NCBI GenBank assembly: GCA_013824165.1
Contig: PNNH01000100.1
Span: 26,917-90,916 of the forward strand
DNA from: Methylibium sp.
GTDB lineage: Bacteria > Pseudomonadota > Gammaproteobacteria > Burkholderiales > Burkholderiaceae_C
Direction: 5' to 3'
Length of the DNA stretch: 64,000 bases
Shown here: one piece after another, positions 7,957 through 18,809 of the stretch
How the letters are laid out: each line of letters begins with the position of its first letter
Numbering within the stretch: the first letter of the stretch is position 1
The notes under the pieces: model-generated
Databases searched by the model: none
What the model was told of the DNA's origin: nothing
What the model saw: the letters and a program-made list of their open reading frames with translations, nothing else
Program-made: the position numbers and the translations under genes

Positions 7957-10794
7957 ATGCAGGAAACACGCTCCACCTGCCCCTACTGCGGCGTCGGCTG
8001 TGGCGTCATCATCGAGAGCGATGGCGCGCAGATCACCGGCGTGCGCGGCGACCCCGAGCACCCGGCCAATTTCGGCCGGCTCTGCAGCAAGGGCGCCACG
8101 CTGCACCTGACGGCCAGCCCGGCGGTGCTGCAGAGCCAGCGCCTGCTGCAGCCGCTGCAGCGGCTGGATCGTGGCGCTGCGGCCCTGCAGGCGCTGGACT
8201 GGGATTCGGTCAGCCAGCAGGTGGCGGACAAGCTGGCGACAGTGCGCGCCGAACATGGGCCGGATGCGATCGGCTTCTACATCTCGGGCCAACTGCTGAC
8301 CGAGGATTACCACGCATTCAACAAGCTGGCGCGCGCTGTGGTCGGCACGAACAACATCGACAGCAACTCGCGCCTGTGCATGAGCGCAGCGGTGAGCGGC
8401 TACAAGCAGACGCTGGGATCAGACGCGCCGCCTTGCAGTTATGAAGACATCGAGCAGGCTGACTGCCTGTTCATCGCCGGCGCCAATCCGGCCTGGGCGC
8501 ACCCGATCCTGTTCCGCCGCATCGAAGCCGCGCGACAGGCGCGGCCGCAGGGCCAGAAAGTCATCGTCGTCGACCCGCGCCGCACCGAGAGCGCCGAGCT
8601 GGCCGATCTGCATCTGCAGATATTGCCGGGCACGGATATCGCGCTGTTCAACGGCATGCTTCACGCTTGTGTGTGGGAAGGCTGGCTGGATGCGGACTTC
8701 ATTGCCGAACACACCGAGGGCTTCTCCGAACTCAAGGCCCTGGTGCGTGCCAGCACACCGAGCCAGGCCGCCAAGACCTGCGGCATCCGTGAAGAAGACC
8801 TGCTGACGGCGGCGCGCTGGTTTGCCCGCTCGCCGTCCACGCTCTCGCTCTATTGCATGGGTCTGAACCAGAGCAGCCGCGGCACGGCCAAGAACACCGC
8901 GCTGATCAATCTGCACCTAGCCACCGGCCAGATCGGCCGCGCCGGCGCCGGCCCTTTCTCGCTGACCGGCCAGCCCAACGCGATGGGCGGGCGCGAAGCC
9001 GGCGGCATGGCCACGCTGCTGCCCGGCCACCGCGACCCGGCCCATGCCGAGGACCGCGCAGAGATCGCGCGCTTGTGGGGCGTGGACGCGCTGCCCGCTA
9101 CGCCGGGCAAAACCGCTGTGGAGCTGTTCGAAGCCGCCGCGCGCGGCGAGATCAAGGCGCTGTGGATCGCCTGCACCAACCCCGCGCAATCGATGCCTGA
9201 CCAGGCGCTGGTGCGCGCGGCGCTCGCTGCTTGCGAGTTCGTCGTGCTGCAGGAAGCCTTTGCCGGCACCGCCACGGCGGCCTTTGCCGACCTGCTGCTG
9301 CCGGCCGCCACTTGGGGCGAGAAGGAGGGCACGGTGACCAACAGCGAGCGCCGCATCAGCCGCGTTCGCGCTGCCGTCCGGCCGCCCGGCCAGGCGCGCG
9401 AGGACTGGCAGATCGTCAGCGATGTCGCGCGCCGGCTGGAGCTTCAGTTGCGCCCTGGCCAGCCCTCGCTGTTTGCCTTCGAGACGCCCGAGCAGCTGTG
9501 GCTGGAGCATCGCGAGGCCACGCGCGGCCGCGACCTGGACATCACCGGCCTGAGCTACGCGAAGCTGGAGCAGCAGCCGCAGCAATGGCCCTGCCCGGAG
9601 GGCCAACTGAAGGGCGCCAAGCGCCTCTACGAAGACGGCCGCTTCGCCACCGCCAATGGACGAGCCCGCTTCGTCGCCAAGTCGCACGGTCCGGCCGCCG
9701 AGGGCACCGATGCGCGCCATCCGCTGGTGCTCTCCACCGGGCGCTTGCGTGATCAATGGCATGGCATGAGCCGCAGTGGCGCGGTGCCGCGCTTGTTCGA
9801 GGCGGAACCGCAGCCAGCGCTGCGCATGAATCCGCAGGACCTGCTGCGCCGCCATCTGAAGGATGGTGCCCTTGTGCGCGTGCGCTCGCGCCGCGGTGAG
9901 CTGATCGTGCCGCTGCGGGCTGACGACAGCGTGGGCCGCGCCCAGGCCTGGCTGCCCATGCACTGGGGCCCCGAGTTCCTTAGCGGCCGCGACACGCAAG
10001 GCCGCGCGCTGAGCGGTGTCAATGTGCTGACCCAGCCGCGCTTTTGCCCCGATGCGCGCCAGCCCGAGCTGAAATACGCCGCCGTGATGGTGGAACCGGT
10101 GGCGCTGCCCTGGCGCGTCAGCGCCGCCGCCTGGCTGCCGGCCGGCCAGGGCGCCGCGCTGCGGGCTCGCCTGCAGGCGCTGATGGCTGAGTTTGATTTT
10201 GCGCAGTGCCTGCCGGTGACGGGCACAGGCGTCTTCGTCGGCAATGAGGGCTGGATGCTGGAGGCGGCCTGCGCGCAGCGGCCCTCGGCCGAGCTGCAGC
10301 AACGTCTCGCAGCCGCGCTCGATCTGGCCGGTGTGGCCCGGGCCGGTGACGCACCGGTTCTGCGTTATGCGGACAGCCAGCGTGGCCGCTGCCGCCTGCT
10401 GCGCCTGGTGGGCGAGGGCGAGCAGGCGCGCCTGCAGGCCCTGCTGCGCATCGGTGAAGGCGAGGAGGGCGCCTGGCTGGCCCAACTCTGGCGCAGCGCC
10501 GCGCCGGCCGCACCTTACGGCCGCTGGCTGCTCAACGCCGAGGCACCGGCCAGCGAGATGGCGCAGCGGCTGCAGCAGCCGGCCAGTCCGCAGGTCTGCA
10601 ACTGTTTCGATGTGCGCGAGGACCGCGTCCGCGCCTGCCTGTCGCGTCAGACCGGCAGCGCAGCCGAGCGCCTGGCCGCGCTGCAGGGCGAGCTGCGCTG
10701 CGGCACGCAATGCGGCTCATGCCTGCCAACGCTGCGCCGCCTGGTCGCCCTGCAGGCTCCGGCTCCGATGATTCCCGAGGAGGTCACACCATGA
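7957..10794 (+). CDS. nasA: Assimilatory nitrate reductase catalytic subunit (molybdopterin) with long C-terminal extension ending in a BFD-like [2Fe-2S] motif
   Basis: The N-terminal 4Fe-4S motif is CPYCGVGCGV, followed by a MopB fold throughout. The C-terminus carries CNCFDV...CGTQCGSC. Confidence 0.9.
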   Translation: MQETRSTCPYCGVGCGVIIESDGAQITGVRGDPEHPANFGRLCSKGATLHLTASPAVLQSQRLLQPLQRLDRGAAALQALDWDSVSQQVADKLATVRAEHGPDAIGFYISGQLLTEDYHAFNKLARAVVGTNNIDSNSRLCMSAAVSGYKQTLGSDAPPCSYEDIEQADCLFIAGANPAWAHPILFRRIEAARQARPQGQKVIVVDPRRTESAELADLHLQILPGTDIALFNGMLHACVWEGWLDADFIAEHTEGFSELKALVRASTPSQAAKTCGIREEDLLTAARWFARSPSTLSLYCMGLNQSSRGTAKNTALINLHLATGQIGRAGAGPFSLTGQPNAMGGREAGGMATLLPGHRDPAHAEDRAEIARLWGVDALPATPGKTAVELFEAAARGEIKALWIACTNPAQSMPDQALVRAALAACEFVVLQEAFAGTATAAFADLLLPAATWGEKEGTVTNSERRISRVRAAVRPPGQAREDWQIVSDVARRLELQLRPGQPSLFAFETPEQLWLEHREATRGRDLDITGLSYAKLEQQPQQWPCPEGQLKGAKRLYEDGRFATANGRARFVAKSHGPAAEGTDARHPLVLSTGRLRDQWHGMSRSGAVPRLFEAEPQPALRMNPQDLLRRHLKDGALVRVRSRRGELIVPLRADDSVGRAQAWLPMHWGPEFLSGRDTQGRALSGVNVLTQPRFCPDARQPELKYAAVMVEPVALPWRVSAAAWLPAGQGAALRARLQALMAEFDFAQCLPVTGTGVFVGNEGWMLEAACAQRPSAELQQRLAAALDLAGVARAGDAPVLRYADSQRGRCRLLRLVGEGEQARLQALLRIGEGEEGAWLAQLWRSAAPAAPYGRWLLNAEAPASEMAQRLQQPASPQVCNCFDVREDRVRACLSRQTGSAAERLAALQGELRCGTQCGSCLPTLRRLVALQAPAPMIPEEVTP

Positions 10795-11579
10795 ACGCGA
10801 ACAAGATCGGCAGCCCCATGGTCAGTCTGGTCGGTGCCGGCCCCGGCGACCCCGAGCTGCTGACGCTCAAGGCGCTCAAGCGCCTGCAGGCCGCCGAGGT
10901 GGTGCTGGTTGATGATCTGGTCGATGCGCGCGTGCTGGCCTTACTGAAGCCGCAGACCCGAGTGCTGAAAGTCGGCAAGCGTGGCGGCTGTGTCTCCACT
11001 GAACAGCGCTTCATCCACGAGCTGATGATCCGCGAGGCGCGCTCCGGCGCGCGCGTGGTGCGGCTCAAGGGCGGCGATCCTTTTGTGTTCGGTCGCGGCG
11101 GCGAGGAAGTGACGGCGCTGCGCGCGGCCGGCATCGAGGTGGAGGTGGTGTCGGGTCTGACCGCCGGCATCGCCGCGCCGGCCAGCGTGGGCATCCCGGT
11201 CACCGACCGTCGCCATGCGCCGGGCGTGGCCTTCGTCACCGGCCACCGCCAGAGCGGCGAGGACAGCCCCGACTGGCAGGCGCTGGCGCGCAGCGGCCTG
11301 ACCCTGGTGGTCTATATGGGCTTGTCGACGGCCGAAGGCCTGGTGGCCGAGTTGCTGGCCGGCGGCCTGGCCGCCGAAACGCCGGCAGCGGTGATTGCGG
11401 CCGCGCACACCGAGCGTCAGCGCCAGGCCATCACCACACTGGGCGAGCTGGCGCAGACGCTGGCGCGTGAGCAGATCCGCAGCCCGGCCATCCTGGTGAT
11501 CGGCCAGGTGGTGCGCGAGGCGCTGCCCGGCCTGGTCTTGCAGGCAAGGCAGCAGCAGTTGTGCCTCAGCTCAGCCTGA
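10791..11579 (+). CDS. cobA: Uroporphyrinogen-III C-methyltransferase (SUMT domain only, no CysG dehydrogenase/chelatase domain)
   Basis: The protein contains [18 protein letters not shown] and [20 protein letters not shown] 10791 overlaps the nasA stop (ATGA), with SD GAGGAGG at 10777-10783. Confidence 0.88.
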   Translation: MNANKIGSPMVSLVGAGPGDPELLTLKALKRLQAAEVVLVDDLVDARVLALLKPQTRVLKVGKRGGCVSTEQRFIHELMIREARSGARVVRLKGGDPFVFGRGGEEVTALRAAGIEVEVVSGLTAGIAAPASVGIPVTDRRHAPGVAFVTGHRQSGEDSPDWQALARSGLTLVVYMGLSTAEGLVAELLAGGLAAETPAAVIAAAHTERQRQAITTLGELAQTLAREQIRSPAILVIGQVVREALPGLVLQARQQQLCLSSA

Positions 11580-13104
11580 AGCCGGCCACCACCTCGGACA
11601 GGCGCATCGCCTGATCCTTCAGTGATTCGGCCGCCGCAGCGCTCTCCTCGACCAGTGCGGCGTTCTGCTGCGTCATGCGGTCGAGCTCGGTCACCGAGCT
11701 GTTGACCGAGCCGATGCCCTGGCTCTGCTCCACGGTGCTGGCCGAGATCTCGGCAATGATGTCGGTCACCCGCTTCACGCTGGCGACGATCTCGTCCATC
11801 GTGCTGCCGGCGTCCTGCACCAGGCGGCTGCCGGTTTCGACCTTGTCGACGCTGGCGCCGATCAGTCCCTTAATCTCGCGCGCCGCTTCGGCGCTGCGCT
11901 GGGCCAGCGAGCGCACTTCGGCCGCCACCACGGCAAAACCGCGGCCCTGTTCGCCGGCGCGGGCCGCTTCGACGGCGGCGTTCAGAGCCAGGATATTGGT
12001 CTGGAAGGCGATGCCGTCGATCACGCCGATGATGTCACCGATCTTCTTTGAGCTGGCATTGATCTCGTCCATGGTGCTGACCACCTGGCCCACCACCGTG
12101 CCGCCGCGTTGCGCCACCTGCGCTGCGCTGCTGGCGAGCTGATTGGCTGTGGCGGCGCTATCGGCGCTCTGCCGCACGGTGCCGGTGAGTTGGCTCATTG
12201 CGCCAGCCGCCTGCTGCAGATTGCTGGCCGTCTGCTCGGTACGTTGGCTGAGGTCCAGATTGCCGGTGGCGATCTCGGCGCTGGCGGTCTGGATGCTGTC
12301 GGCACTCTGGCGTACCTCACCGACGACGCGGTTCAAGGCACCGCGCATGCTGGCCAAGGCGCGCTGCACGTCACCGATCTCGTCCTTGCGCTCGGTGTCG
12401 ATGCGGCCGCTGAGGTCGCCCTGGCCGATGCGCTCGGCTTCGTCCACCAGGGACTTGAGCGGGCGCGAGATCGAGCGCGACAGCGACCAGGTGCTGGCTG
12501 CCATGCCGGCAACCAGCAGCAGGAACACGGTGGCACTGGCCCACACGGTGCGCATGCGCTCGACCGCGGCCTGGGCGCGGGCCGCGTCGGCGCGTTGCTC
12601 CTCCAGCGCCACGAAATCCTGCTGTGCGGCCAGGTAGGTCGCGACGGCCGGCAGCATCTTGCCTTTCAGGGCTGCAGTCGCCTGGTCCGCCGCACCGTCG
12701 GCCTTGAGCTTGCTGACCTCGTTGCGGGCAGCGATATAGGCCTTGCGCGTGTCGGCAATGCGCGCCATCACGGCCTTTTCCTCGTCCGAGGTGGCCAGCG
12801 CCTCCAGCTCCTTCTGCAGTTCAGAGATGGCAGCCGTGGTGGCGGCGATCTCGGGCTTGAGGGCTTCGGCCACACCCGGGTCGTTGCTGACCGCGCTGGA
12901 CACGGCTCGCGCGGCATTGGTTTCGGTCATGCCTCGCCAGCGCAGCGCCAGCGTCAGTTTGCGCTGCTGGCTGCTCTGGCTCACATTGGCTTCGTCAATC
13001 AGCTTGCTGGTCCGTAGCGCCGAGATTGACGTCATGGTGCCGGACGCCAGCGCCAGCACGATGATGGGGATCCACAGCTTTTGGGCGATAGAGAGGGAAT
13101 TCAT
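11566..13104 (-). CDS. Methyl-accepting chemotaxis protein (four-helix-bundle sensor, HAMP, MA domain)
   Basis: It has two TM segments flanking a helical periplasmic domain. The signalling hairpin is conserved: [40 protein letters not shown]. Confidence 0.9.
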   Translation of the reverse strand: MNSLSIAQKLWIPIIVLALASGTMTSISALRTSKLIDEANVSQSSQQRKLTLALRWRGMTETNAARAVSSAVSNDPGVAEALKPEIAATTAAISELQKELEALATSDEEKAVMARIADTRKAYIAARNEVSKLKADGAADQATAALKGKMLPAVATYLAAQQDFVALEEQRADAARAQAAVERMRTVWASATVFLLLVAGMAASTWSLSRSISRPLKSLVDEAERIGQGDLSGRIDTERKDEIGDVQRALASMRGALNRVVGEVRQSADSIQTASAEIATGNLDLSQRTEQTASNLQQAAGAMSQLTGTVRQSADSAATANQLASSAAQVAQRGGTVVGQVVSTMDEINASSKKIGDIIGVIDGIAFQTNILALNAAVEAARAGEQGRGFAVVAAEVRSLAQRSAEAAREIKGLIGASVDKVETGSRLVQDAGSTMDEIVASVKRVTDIIAEISASTVEQSQGIGSVNSSVTELDRMTQQNAALVEESAAAAESLKDQAMRLSEVVAGFRLS

Positions 13105-13280
13105 GGGCTATCGGTCTCCGTACTTCTTGTCGGCCTTTGCGGCTCGTGTGGGGTGATAGCTCCTCCTTTTTCCAACATCGGCCGCGCCGGCTGAAGCTTT
13201 AGCGACTTCTTGCGTCAGGCCCCCTGCAGGCCTCTGGTAGGCTGGCGGCCGCACCCAACAGCGACCCGCGGACCCCAGCG

Positions 13281-14051
13281 ATGAGTTTTCTTGCGATCGA
13301 TATCGGCAACACCCGACTCAAGTGGGGTCTGTATGCCTCGCCCCAACCGGGCGCGGCCTTGCTGGCCCATGGTGCGGTGTTCCTGGAGAACATCGATCAG
13401 CTGGCCGAGACCGACTGGCGCCATCTGCCGCAGGCGCCGGCCAGCATGCTGGGCTGCAATGTGGCGGGCGATGCGGTGCGGCGTCGCGTCGAAGAGCAGC
13501 TGGAGCTGTGGGATGTGGAGCCGCGCTGGGTGGTGTCTGGCGCGCAGGCGGGCGGCGTCACCAATGGCTACGACCACCCCAGCCGGCTGGGCACCGACCG
13601 CTTTGTCGCGCTGATCGGCGCACGTTCGCATGTTCTGGCCTTGGGCGGCGAGCGGGCCTGCCTGGTGGTGATGATCGGCACGGCGGTGACGGTCGACGCG
13701 CTGGATGCGCAAGGGCATTTCTTGGGTGGCCTCATCCTGCCGGGCCACGGCATCATGCTGCGCGCGCTGGAAGGCGGCACGGCCGGCCTGCGTGTGCCGA
13801 CCGGCGAGGTGCGCGAATTCCCCACCAACACCTCGGACGCGCTGACCAGCGGTGGCAACTACGCCATCACCGGCGCGATCGAGCGCATGCATCGCCATTT
13901 GGCCCGGCGCGCTGGTCACGATCCGCTGACGCTGATGACGGGCGGTGCCGGCTGGAAGGTGGCGCCGGCACTCGACATTCCGCATGAGCTGATCGATCGC
14001 CTGATCTTCGACGGCCTGCTGGCGCTGCAGTCGCACCGGTTGGCGCTCTAG
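13281..14051 (+). CDS. coaX: Type III pantothenate kinase
   Basis: The N-terminus is [18 protein letters not shown]. The ASKHA fold continues with [11 protein letters not shown] and GTAVTVDA. Confidence 0.88.
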   Translation: MSFLAIDIGNTRLKWGLYASPQPGAALLAHGAVFLENIDQLAETDWRHLPQAPASMLGCNVAGDAVRRRVEEQLELWDVEPRWVVSGAQAGGVTNGYDHPSRLGTDRFVALIGARSHVLALGGERACLVVMIGTAVTVDALDAQGHFLGGLILPGHGIMLRALEGGTAGLRVPTGEVREFPTNTSDALTSGGNYAITGAIERMHRHLARRAGHDPLTLMTGGAGWKVAPALDIPHELIDRLIFDGLLALQSHRLAL

Positions 14052-14830
14052 TCGCGGCGCGCCTGCGCATCGCGCAAGGCGGCCACCTCCTCGCGCAGTT
14101 CACGCAGCTCGGCATGCATGGCGCGCAGGATGTCGGCCTCCAGCTCGCGTTCCGAGCTTTCCACCCAGAAGGCCGCAATCGCGGCCGTCACCAGCGACAG
14201 CACGGCATAACCCAGCAACACGACGAAGACCGAGAAGATCTTCGATGCCGGCGTGCTGGGCACGATGTCGCCATAGCCCACGGTGGCCGCCGTCGTGAAC
14301 GCCAGCCACATGCCGTCGCCCAGGCTGTGCACCCGAGGCTCCAGAGCCCAGAAGCCGACGCCGCAGAAGCCCAGCACGGTCACCGCCGTCAGCAGCAGAT
14401 AGGCCATGCCGCCTCGCGTCACCCAGGCCTTGAGCGTCCACACCATGCGCATCAGCGCCAGCAAGGCGACCACCAGACGCCCGGCCAGCGCGGCATTCGA
14501 GGCGGTGCTGGGCGGCAGCAGTGCGGCAATCACCAGGCCGATGATCAGCGTGATGTCCAGCAGATTGGCGCGCAGGTATAGGCCGGGCTGCTTGCAGCGC
14601 CCTGCCACCTGCCACAACGCCGCTGTCAGCACCCCGGCGGCGCCCGCATAGATGGCGATCGCCAGCGGCGTGGGCAGGTCTTCAAGCAGTTCGATGTAGA
14701 AGGCCGGAATCGTGCACAGCAGCGCCAGCAGCACCGGCCCGCGCCACAGGCGTGCGATGCGGTTGGCCGACGGGTTGAGCATGCTGGGCTGCGTCAGGCC
14801 CCAGCTGCGGCTGCGTGAAAACTCGCTCAT
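14048..14830 (-). CDS. Six-TM potassium channel (Kv-like ion transport protein)
   Basis: The K+ selectivity filter is [13 protein letters not shown]. An S4-like segment reads [17 protein letters not shown], and the tail is coiled. ATG 14830 is preferred over the adjacent GTG 14833. Confidence 0.85.
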   Translation of the reverse strand: MSEFSRSRSWGLTQPSMLNPSANRIARLWRGPVLLALLCTIPAFYIELLEDLPTPLAIAIYAGAAGVLTAALWQVAGRCKQPGLYLRANLLDITLIIGLVIAALLPPSTASNAALAGRLVVALLALMRMVWTLKAWVTRGGMAYLLLTAVTVLGFCGVGFWALEPRVHSLGDGMWLAFTTAATVGYGDIVPSTPASKIFSVFVVLLGYAVLSLVTAAIAAFWVESSERELEADILRAMHAELRELREEVAALRDAQARRD

Positions 14831-14898
14831 CACTTGAGCCTATGCGCAGCAAGGCGCGCGCGGCTTGATGCTCATCAAGCCGCGCGCCAAGCGCCAGC

Positions 14899-16209
14899 TC
14901 AGAGGATGAAGCGCGACAGGTCTTCGTTGCGCGCCAGCTCGCCCAGCCTGGCGTCGACCGCGGCCGCGTCGATCGTCACGGTCTGGCCGGCCTGCTTGTG
15001 GGCGTCGAAGCTCAGCTCCTCCAGCAGGCGCTCCATCACGGTGGACAGGCGCCTCGCGCCGATGTTCTCGGTGCGCTCGTTGACCTCGAAGGCAATCTGC
15101 GCCAGCCGGCGTATTCCATCGGCGCTGATCTGCAGATCGACGCCTTCGGTGGCCAGCAAGGCCTGGTACTGCTTGACCAGGCTGGCATGGGTGCTGCTGA
15201 GGATGGCCTCGAAGTCCTCCACAGACAGCGAGCCGAGTTCCACGCGGATCGGGAAGCGGCCCTGCAGCTCGGGGATCAGGTCGCTGGGCTTGCTGAGGTG
15301 GAAGGCGCCCGAGGCGATGAAGAGCATGTGGTCGGTCTTGACCATGCCGTACTTGGTGTTCACCGTCGTGCCTTCGACCAGCGGCAGCAGATCGCGCTGC
15401 ACTCCTTGTCGCGAGACATCGGCGCCACCATGCTCGGCACGGCTGGCCACCTTGTCGATCTCGTCGATGAAGACGATGCCGTTTTCCTGCGCATTGGCCA
15501 GGGCCGCGGCCTTGATCTCGTCCTCATTGAGCAGCTTGGCGGCTTCCTCCTCGACCAACTGCTTCATCGCCTCGCCGATCTTGAGCTTGCGCGTCTTGCG
15601 CTTGCCGCCACCCAGCTGCGAGAACATGCCTTTGAGCTGCTCGGCCATTTCTTCCATGCCGGGGCCGCCCATGGGCGTGAGGATCTCCATGCTCGGCTTG
15701 GCGTCAAGCAGGTCAATCTCGATCTCCTTGTCATCCATCGTGCCTTCGCGCAGGCGCTTTCGCATCAACTGGCGGGTGTTGTTCTCGGCGTCGCTGCCGG
15801 GCACCAGGATGTCGAGCACGCGCTCCTCGGCGGCGTCCTCGGCGCGGGTGCGCTGGCGGCGCATCTGCACTTCGCGCTCCTGCTTGATCGCCATGTCGAC
15901 CAGGTCGCGGACGATGGAGTCCACATCCTTGCCGACATAGCCGACCTCGGTGAACTTGGTGGCTTCCACCTTGATGAAGGGCGCATCGGCCAGCTTGGCC
16001 AGGCGGCGCGCGATCTCGGTCTTGCCGACGCCGGTGGGGCCGATCATCAGGATGTTCTTGGGCGTGATCTCGCCGCGCAGTTTTTCATCGACCTGCTGGC
16101 GGCGCCAACGGTTGCGCATCGCGATCGCGACGGCGCGCTTGGCGGCGTCCTGGCCGACGATGTGGCGGTCCAGTTCGGAGACGATTTCCTGGGGGGTCAT
16201 GCTGCTCAT
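14899..16209 (-). CDS. hslU: ATP-dependent protease ATPase subunit HslU
   Basis: The protein starts [37 protein letters not shown] and has the P-loop [15 protein letters not shown]. Start is ATG 16209. The track ORF extension to 16428 is not HslU-like. Confidence 0.95.
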   Translation of the reverse strand: MSSMTPQEIVSELDRHIVGQDAAKRAVAIAMRNRWRRQQVDEKLRGEITPKNILMIGPTGVGKTEIARRLAKLADAPFIKVEATKFTEVGYVGKDVDSIVRDLVDMAIKQEREVQMRRQRTRAEDAAEERVLDILVPGSDAENNTRQLMRKRLREGTMDDKEIEIDLLDAKPSMEILTPMGGPGMEEMAEQLKGMFSQLGGGKRKTRKLKIGEAMKQLVEEEAAKLLNEDEIKAAALANAQENGIVFIDEIDKVASRAEHGGADVSRQGVQRDLLPLVEGTTVNTKYGMVKTDHMLFIASGAFHLSKPSDLIPELQGRFPIRVELGSLSVEDFEAILSSTHASLVKQYQALLATEGVDLQISADGIRRLAQIAFEVNERTENIGARRLSTVMERLLEELSFDAHKQAGQTVTIDAAAVDARLGELARNEDLSRFIL

Positions 16210-16291
16210 TGGAGCCCCTCGTTTGGTGAATACATGGCTCGATTCCCTGAAGGGACGGCCACTTGCTTGGGGCGGCCAGACTCTGCGTGGC

Positions 16292-16849
16292 TCATTCCAG
16301 CACCTCGATGGTGTGGTTGCCGTTGGTATAGATGCAGATCTCGCCGGCGATAACCAGCGACTGCTTGACGATTTCGGCGGCGGACAGCTCGCTGTGGTTG
16401 AGCAGCGCCTTGGCCGCGGCCTGCGCATAGGCGCCGCCCGAGCCGATCGCGACGATGCCCTGCTCGGGCTCCAGCACGTCGCCGTTGCCGGTGATGATCA
16501 GCGAGGCCGTGCGGTCGGCCACCGCCAGCATCGCTTCCAGGCGGCGCAGCACGCGGTCGGTGCGCCAGTCGCGCGTCAGCTCGACGGCGGCGCGCACCAG
16601 ATGGCCCTGGTGCTTTTCCAGCTTGGCCTCGAAGCGCTCGAACAGCGTGAAGGCGTCGGCCGTGGCGCCGGCAAAGCCGGCCAGCACCTGGTCGCGGTGC
16701 AGCTTGCGCACCTTGCGCGCGCTCGACTTGACGACGATATGGCCCAGGGTCACCTGGCCGTCGCCGCCGATCGCGACCTGATTGCCACGCCGCACGCTGA
16801 CGATGGTCGTGCCGTGGAAGCTGGGGGGATTGTTGTGGGATGAGTCCAT
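16292..16849 (-). CDS. hslV: ATP-dependent protease subunit HslV
   Basis: The protein starts [36 protein letters not shown] and ends ...[19 protein letters not shown] lies 5 nt upstream of ATG 16849. Confidence 0.93.
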   Translation of the reverse strand: MDSSHNNPPSFHGTTIVSVRRGNQVAIGGDGQVTLGHIVVKSSARKVRKLHRDQVLAGFAGATADAFTLFERFEAKLEKHQGHLVRAAVELTRDWRTDRVLRRLEAMLAVADRTASLIITGNGDVLEPEQGIVAIGSGGAYAQAAAKALLNHSELSAAEIVKQSLVIAGEICIYTNGNHTIEVLE

Positions 16850-16950
16850 GGGGGCTCCAGATAGGGGCGCCATCGGCGAATGCAACGGGTGCAGATGAAG
16901 CGGAGCCCGCGCTTCCGGCTTGGCCGGACTGGGCTCGCCAAAGCGTGGCC

Positions 16951-18765
16951 TCAGTTCGTCCGAACTTTGACCTTGGCGTGCTCGTTGATGCCCATCGCGC
17001 CGAAGAACAGCGCCACCAGTCGGTGCGCGTCGAGGAAGGTGACGGCGCGGTTCTCGCCGCGGCGCTGCAGCACCCAGTTCAGCAGATCGCCGGCGGCCAT
17101 GAAGTCCAGGCGGATCAGCTTCGGGCAGGAGATCTCGATCTGGCTCGCGGCACCGAGCTCGGCAGTCATCAGCTGCAGGGTTTCGCTGATGTCGCCGCTG
17201 AGCTGGCCGGAGAGTTCCAACTGCACGCGGGCGCTGAGCTGGGTCTGTTCGGTGATGGTCGATTCGAGGAAGCTGGTCGTCGGCTCGGCCGACACGGTCG
17301 ACAGCGGGCCCGTGGTCGACAGGCTGGCGCCGCTGACGCGCACCCGGCAAGCGGCACGCTCCCACGACGGCGGTGACACCTCGTAGGTGACGCAGTAGTC
17401 GATGGCCGCCTCGTCGAACTGGTCCGGCCGGTTCACCAGGCGCAGCGCTTCCAGGCGCAGCATCCAGTACACCGGGTCGACGTCGCGCATGCCGACAGGC
17501 GCCAGTTCCTTGAGCTGCTGCAGGAACTGATCGCCGGAGAGCCAGCGCAGGTCCACCTGCTGCTTCGCCCACTGGCGGAACAGGTCACGCAACTTGGCGC
17601 AGGCCTCGGTGTCGAGCTGGCGCAGTGCCGCCCAGTCCAGCACCCAGGGCATCGGCAGGTTCAGGCAGCGCGCCGCCAGCTGGGAAACCGCCTCGGCTTC
17701 CAGATACTCTGGGGCGGCCCAGCACACGCCGCCGGCCTGCCCCATCGGACGGCGCTCCTTCATGGCTGCTTCGGCCACCAGCTTGGGCAGCGAGAACCAT
17801 TGCGGAGAAGACAGGCCGAACTGCTGTGCATAGTCCAGCGCCAGCGCCTCGAACTTGGCCTGCTGCGCCGTGGCGCGGTAGAGGTCGAACAGCACCAGCC
17901 AGGTTTCGGCATGGGCATGGCGCGGGCCGCCGGCCGCGACCAGCGCCGCCAGCACCTGTTCGCAATAGGCGTAGTCGGCGTTGGCGAAGGCGATCACTGC
18001 CTCGTCCAGCTCCGGGTCGTGCACCAGCTCGTTGACTTCCAGCGCGGGCTGGACCGAGACATTGAAGCTCAGTCCGGCGCCCGGTGCAGGTGCAGCGGCC
18101 GGGGGCGGTGCCGACTTGGGTTCGGCCGCAGGCGGGCTGGGCAGGTCCAGCATTGGAAAGTCCAGCGCCGGTAGCACGCTGGGGCGCGCATCCGACAGCG
18201 GAGGCAGGCCGGCGCCCATCACGGCGGACGCCGCCGCGCCATGCTCGGGGCGTGCGGGCCGCGTTGGCGGCGGCGGTGGGGCAGAAGGGGGCAGGTCGGC
18301 GGCATCGGCCGCCAGCGTGGAGGCGAAATGCACCGGCCGCGTGCTGGTCTCGAAGAAGCCCGGCGGATGACTGCTGGGCTGCTGCTGCATCTGCGTGGGC
18401 GCAAAGCCCTCGCCGACCATCTGCTGCTCGATCTGGTCGATCTTGGCTTTGACGCCCAGATCGATCTTGGAGTTGAGGTCGCTGCCGCGCTCGATCTCGT
18501 CCAGGCGCGAACTGCTGCTGCCCAGGGCCGCCAGCTGCTCCGGGCTCAGACCTTCGCGCCGGATGCGGCGCAGCATGTCGAGCTCGCGCTTGCGCACGAA
18601 GTCGTTGCGGCGCTTGCGTTCGACCATCGCACGCAGCTCCGCCTTGGCCTGGTCACCCTCGGGGTCGTCCTGGCGCGAGTTGATCTCGGCCCAGTCGGTC
18701 GTCGGATTGGCGACGAAGCGCGCGACCTTGCGGAAGAAACTTTCGTTGTCCTTGGGGTCTGACAT
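16951..18765 (-). CDS. Conserved hypothetical 604-aa protein: basic/helical N-terminus, Pro/Ala-rich linker, two tandem helical + STAS-like modules
   Basis: The frame is long and clean, with GGAG before ATG 18765. The C-terminal 90 aa look like a STAS/anti-sigma-antagonist fold ([10 protein letters not shown]...[15 protein letters not shown]...[14 protein letters not shown]). See findings for the internal repeat. Confidence 0.7.
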   Translation of the reverse strand: MSDPKDNESFFRKVARFVANPTTDWAEINSRQDDPEGDQAKAELRAMVERKRRNDFVRKRELDMLRRIRREGLSPEQLAALGSSSSRLDEIERGSDLNSKIDLGVKAKIDQIEQQMVGEGFAPTQMQQQPSSHPPGFFETSTRPVHFASTLAADAADLPPSAPPPPPTRPARPEHGAAASAVMGAGLPPLSDARPSVLPALDFPMLDLPSPPAAEPKSAPPPAAAPAPGAGLSFNVSVQPALEVNELVHDPELDEAVIAFANADYAYCEQVLAALVAAGGPRHAHAETWLVLFDLYRATAQQAKFEALALDYAQQFGLSSPQWFSLPKLVAEAAMKERRPMGQAGGVCWAAPEYLEAEAVSQLAARCLNLPMPWVLDWAALRQLDTEACAKLRDLFRQWAKQQVDLRWLSGDQFLQQLKELAPVGMRDVDPVYWMLRLEALRLVNRPDQFDEAAIDYCVTYEVSPPSWERAACRVRVSGASLSTTGPLSTVSAEPTTSFLESTITEQTQLSARVQLELSGQLSGDISETLQLMTAELGAASQIEISCPKLIRLDFMAAGDLLNWVLQRRGENRAVTFLDAHRLVALFFGAMGINEHAKVKVRTN

Positions 18766-18809
18766 GCGCTCCGTACTCTTGCGTGATGGGGCCGCGGCGG
18801 CTCAGCGGC

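Noticed and set aside
11566-11579. A 14-nt convergent overlap of the cobA and MCP 3' ends, and a 4-nt CTAG overlap of the coaX and K+-channel stops at 14048-14051.
   Set aside because: Short convergent overlaps are common in compact GC-rich genomes. There is no evidence of functional significance.
16850-17572. The upstream extension of the hslV ORF (426 aa in the track), and likewise the hslU extension at 16210-16428.
   Set aside because: The extensions are Arg/Pro/Ala-rich and overlap the 3' end of the STAS-like gene. Internal ATGs with good SDs give canonical-length HslV and HslU.
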